DNA of 64,000 nt from Azolla caroliniana (taxonomy: Eukaryota > Plantae > Polypodiophyta): the NCBI GenBank assembly GCA_043228905.1, contig JBHGNT010000003.1:17918001-17982000 (forward strand). Reading direction: 5' to 3'. The notes under the pieces are model-generated. The model did no database searches. It saw nothing but the letters and a program-made list of their open reading frames with translations, and was not told where the DNA came from. Below are positions 61,001 to 64,000 of the stretch, one piece after another (within the stretch, counting starts at the first letter, position 1; the number at the start of each line of letters is the position of its first letter). The translations under genes and the position numbers were made by a program.

Positions 61001-63159
61001 TAGCCTGAGAATCTTGAATTGCACAAGTTGAATCATTTATAGATCTTTCATAATCTATGAGCTTATACAGCCCATGACATAAAATGCCAGAAGCAATAAT
61101 AACATCCCCATTGGACAAATCATGAACTGTACACCTGTCATCAACAAATTTAACAACCAAGCCAACCTTGGCTAATGCTGAAATTGACAACTGATTTTTC
61201 TTGATCCCTGGCACAAACAAAGCATCTGACAAGATGAAAGGACTACCATTAGCAGTAGTCAAAATGATCTTACCAACACCCATAACTGGATAAGATGAGT
61301 TGTTGGCACATGTGACAGTATTCCCTGTAGCTGGGAAGGCCAGAAAGATAGCTAACGGTGTTGCGATGCTAACACTTCAGCTATTGTACGGACTTTGTTT
61401 GTTGCGCTCTAAGTGAGCTTGTACCCACAGGAGATGACTATTGCACCGTCCGTATGGGTGTTCCTTTACTTTGGACGGCTCCAATGAAGTGAAGAAATTG
61501 CGCTGCGAGGTAATATGTTTGGTTGCCCCCACTGTCGAAGTAACAAACATCTGATTGTACAACAGACATACATTGTTCAAGTGAAGATGGGTCAAACCTA
61601 CAAACAGTAGTAAATGCCCATTCTTCATTCTGCACAAGATTTGCAGACTCTGTTTTTGGTGCAGAAACTTCTGCAACAACGAGTCCTGCCTCTTTTTTCT
61701 TTGCCTCTTTTGCAACCAATTTTGGACAGTTCTTTATAATATGATCAATTCCTTTACAATATTTCCAAAATAGTTTTTGTTTCTGCTCTTGTTTTTTTTC
61801 ATTCACTTGTGAATTATTAGCAAATCTTTGCTTGCTAGCAGAAGAGTTCCATTTACCTTTGGCCTTCTGACTAGCTAGGAAAGCTTGATCTGCAACACGC
61901 ATAATAGACCTGTTTTGCCTAGATTGGTCTTCTTGTAACAAAACAGAGACTAGCTCCTCAAATGATAAGGCATTGGGATTGCCTTTCATCATTAAACGAA
62001 GAGTAGAAGCAAAACTCTAATATGAATCAGGAAGACCATTTAGAACGGTCTGCACAAGTGAACTATCTGATATCATTTCATCAATAGAAATTAATTGTTC
62101 CCTTAAATCTTTGATTTTTGTAAGAAAACATCCTTCTTTGCCTCATTTCTTGCTTGGTACAAAGTGGTAAGAGTATCCCGAGCATCCTTTGTTGTCTTAC
62201 AAGAGTGAATATGGGGAATAATGGCACGTTTCACAGACAAAGCCATCAAAGCATGTGCGTAAGCATCTCTGCCATCCCGACGAAGTTGCTCTGCAGTTGG
62301 TACAATAGAAATTGTAGCATGGGCATGAGCAAGATGATCAACATCCTCAACAGAATCAGTACCATCAGCATTTGTGTTCTCAACAACAGGACATTTTTTA
62401 GCCCCTTGAACCACATTCCACAACCCCTTTGCTACTAATACATGGCGCATCATATAAGCCCATAGAGGGTAATTTATTCCATCCAGTTTATCCTCAACAG
62501 CAAGCATTCAAAATACATCGTTGTTCTTAGCCATGGCCGTGAACTGAACACGTTTTGATGTAAAAAAATGGACTGCTGAATGAATAAAAGGGAATAACGT
62601 ACCTCTTTGACTTGAAAGATGAACAAGCGAAGAGAAAAGGGAAGCAAATCTGATTTCTGAGGGTTGTAGGAATGTCTTGGAAGACTCAAGGAGGCTTTTT
62701 CTAGGATTGAATCGACTTGGAAGCAAAAAAAAAACACAACTGACAATGCGCAGAGAAAGAAAACACGCAGAAATTTGTTTTTTCAACAGCAAAAAAACGC
62801 CACCACAGATGGCATAGACGGACTGCGTATGACAGCCGTTGTGTTGCTACTCAAATGTCGCTTTGTAGCTCTTATACCACTGTTCGGTTCTTGCTTTGAA
62901 TTATTTGTTGACATATTTTGGTAGTGATGTGTGTGAAAACACTTAGGACAATGATGTGTGAACACACTTAGGATAGTGATGTGTGTGAACACATTTAGGA
63001 CAGTAATGTGTGAACACGCTTAGGACAATGAGGTGTGTGAACACACTTAGGACTACAGGGGCATTTTTTCCCTCTTTAGGAGGTTTTTTCCCCGTCTAAA
63101 AATACTCTTACAACCCTAAAGTGGTGAAGCTTTTTGGGATTCAAAGCAAGAACCCAACA
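58013..63159 (-). mobile_element. Degenerate Ty1/copia element K with inverted LTR arrangement
   Basis: gag KLDGINYPLW, FDSG, integrase, RT YVDD, RNase H SDSDWAG/TKHIE; PBS 62868-62879; PPT about 58215-58224; LTR 58013-58214 and its reverse complement 62906-63159; TSD ATACT 58008-58012 and 63160-63164. Confidence 0.93.
62921..63056. repeat. 25-27 bp tandem repeat in the K LTR (5 units here, 3 units at about 58122-58200)
   Basis: Unit ~CCTAAGTGTGTTCACACATCACTGT containing a GTGTG/CACAC inverted repeat. Confidence 0.85.
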
Positions 63160-63225
63160 ATACTAAGAGGAGGTGATGACTTGAGTATCATACTAAAGAG
63201 AACACCTAGAAGGTTGAGCTCATAG

Positions 63226-64000
63226 ACTTGGTGCTCCGGAGTACAATCCCTTCTTATAAAGGAGATACATCAAGAAAAAATTTGTATTTAGGTCCCATGG
63301 ATCAATATTGGTCTCTAGGGACACTAAAAATATCTATCTCTCTTTTTGGTGAAAACACAATTATATTAATAAATGTGTGTGAAAAACATTACTTACAATG
63401 GGTGTTACAATGGACTATGATCACCCACTAACTACATGGGTGGTGGATGGAACATGTTGAATTGCCAATAGGCAAGACGAACACTCCACTAAGGAAATAA
63501 TTTCCACTTGCTCCAATAAGAAAATTGCCACATTAGTACCCCCTTCAACTTTCGTAGATATAATTTGACTCCATGCTTACCATCAAATACCAAAACATTG
63601 TGCATATCCCAATTATGACACAATCCCCAATACCTCAGAAATAGGAAAACAATCTCCATCTCTGAGTTGGGTCGACCTATGTGAATTGTGCAAACACCCG
63701 TTGTCTTGGTGTCAAATAACACCGTGATAAAACTTCCCAAATTTGAGAAATGTAGCTCCAAATCTGACAAGCTATCGGACATTGTACAAGATGATGAGTA
63801 CTATCTTCCATTTGAACATTGCAAAAGAAGTAATTGCCCATTGCTAGTCCATGTCACTTTGGAGCTAATCCCATAGGCAAACCCTCAATCAAAACTCTCC
63901 AAATGAAGACCTTTGCTACAAGTGGCACTTTAGAATGCCAACTATGTTTTTAGATGTACCAGCATCCATAATCAGAGTTGGGTGTTTTCCATTACTGTTC
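63226..64000 (-). mobile_element. 3' end of an L1-clade LINE (zf-RVT region)
   Basis: Minus-strand translation WHSKVPLVAKVFIWRVLIEGLP..FFCNVQMEDSTHHLVQCPIACQIW. Confidence 0.8.

Larger units (their letters stand above)
57134..63225 (+). mobile_element. Old RTE-X-like LINE fragment (LINE3), split by copia K
   Basis: FRYIG, LLY..EVWG, IEKIQ, FRTRSHNLGI; the frame DDIL-RGGDDLSIIL is restored across the K insertion. Confidence 0.75.

Noticed and set aside
62921-63056. CRISPR-like array
   Set aside because: Palindromic units are head-to-tail with no unique spacers, lie inside a copia LTR, and there are no cas genes.
58013-63159. DIRS element or TIR DNA transposon
   Set aside because: The interior is ordinary copia gag-PR-IN-RT-RH with PBS, PPT and a 5-bp TSD; no tyrosine recombinase or transposase.

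Overview
This is a eukaryotic plant nuclear window, probably from a non-seed plant such as a fern, lycophyte or bryophyte (inferred from Tcn1-type chromoviruses and RTE-X LINEs). About 85% of it is nested retroelements: four Tcn1-like Ty3/gypsy chromoviruses (B, D, I, E), three copies of an FLDD-type non-chromoviral gypsy family (A, F, G), one further gypsy (C), three copia elements, one TRIM-like element, three solo LTRs and four LINEs. One host gene is clear, a spliced SLAC1/SLAH anion channel at about 52.5-54.6 kb. Main observations: (1) five different LTR types from two gypsy lineages carry an antisense tRNA-like Pol III A-box/B-box module in U3 with fixed 43-44 nt spacing; (2) a copia element has INVERTED LTRs yet a perfect target-site duplication; (3) three Tcn1 elements show covarying Tf1-type self-priming sites instead of a tRNA PBS; (4) two kinds of conserved -1 frameshift signal are present; (5) RTE-X LINEs are associated with (TC)n; (6) a stop-riddled PMD-like accessory ORF lies downstream of a gypsy integrase; (7) the SLAH channel has Tyr at the normally invariant Phe gate. 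All coordinates were read by eye and may be off by a few bases. Family names come from motif recognition, not database searches.
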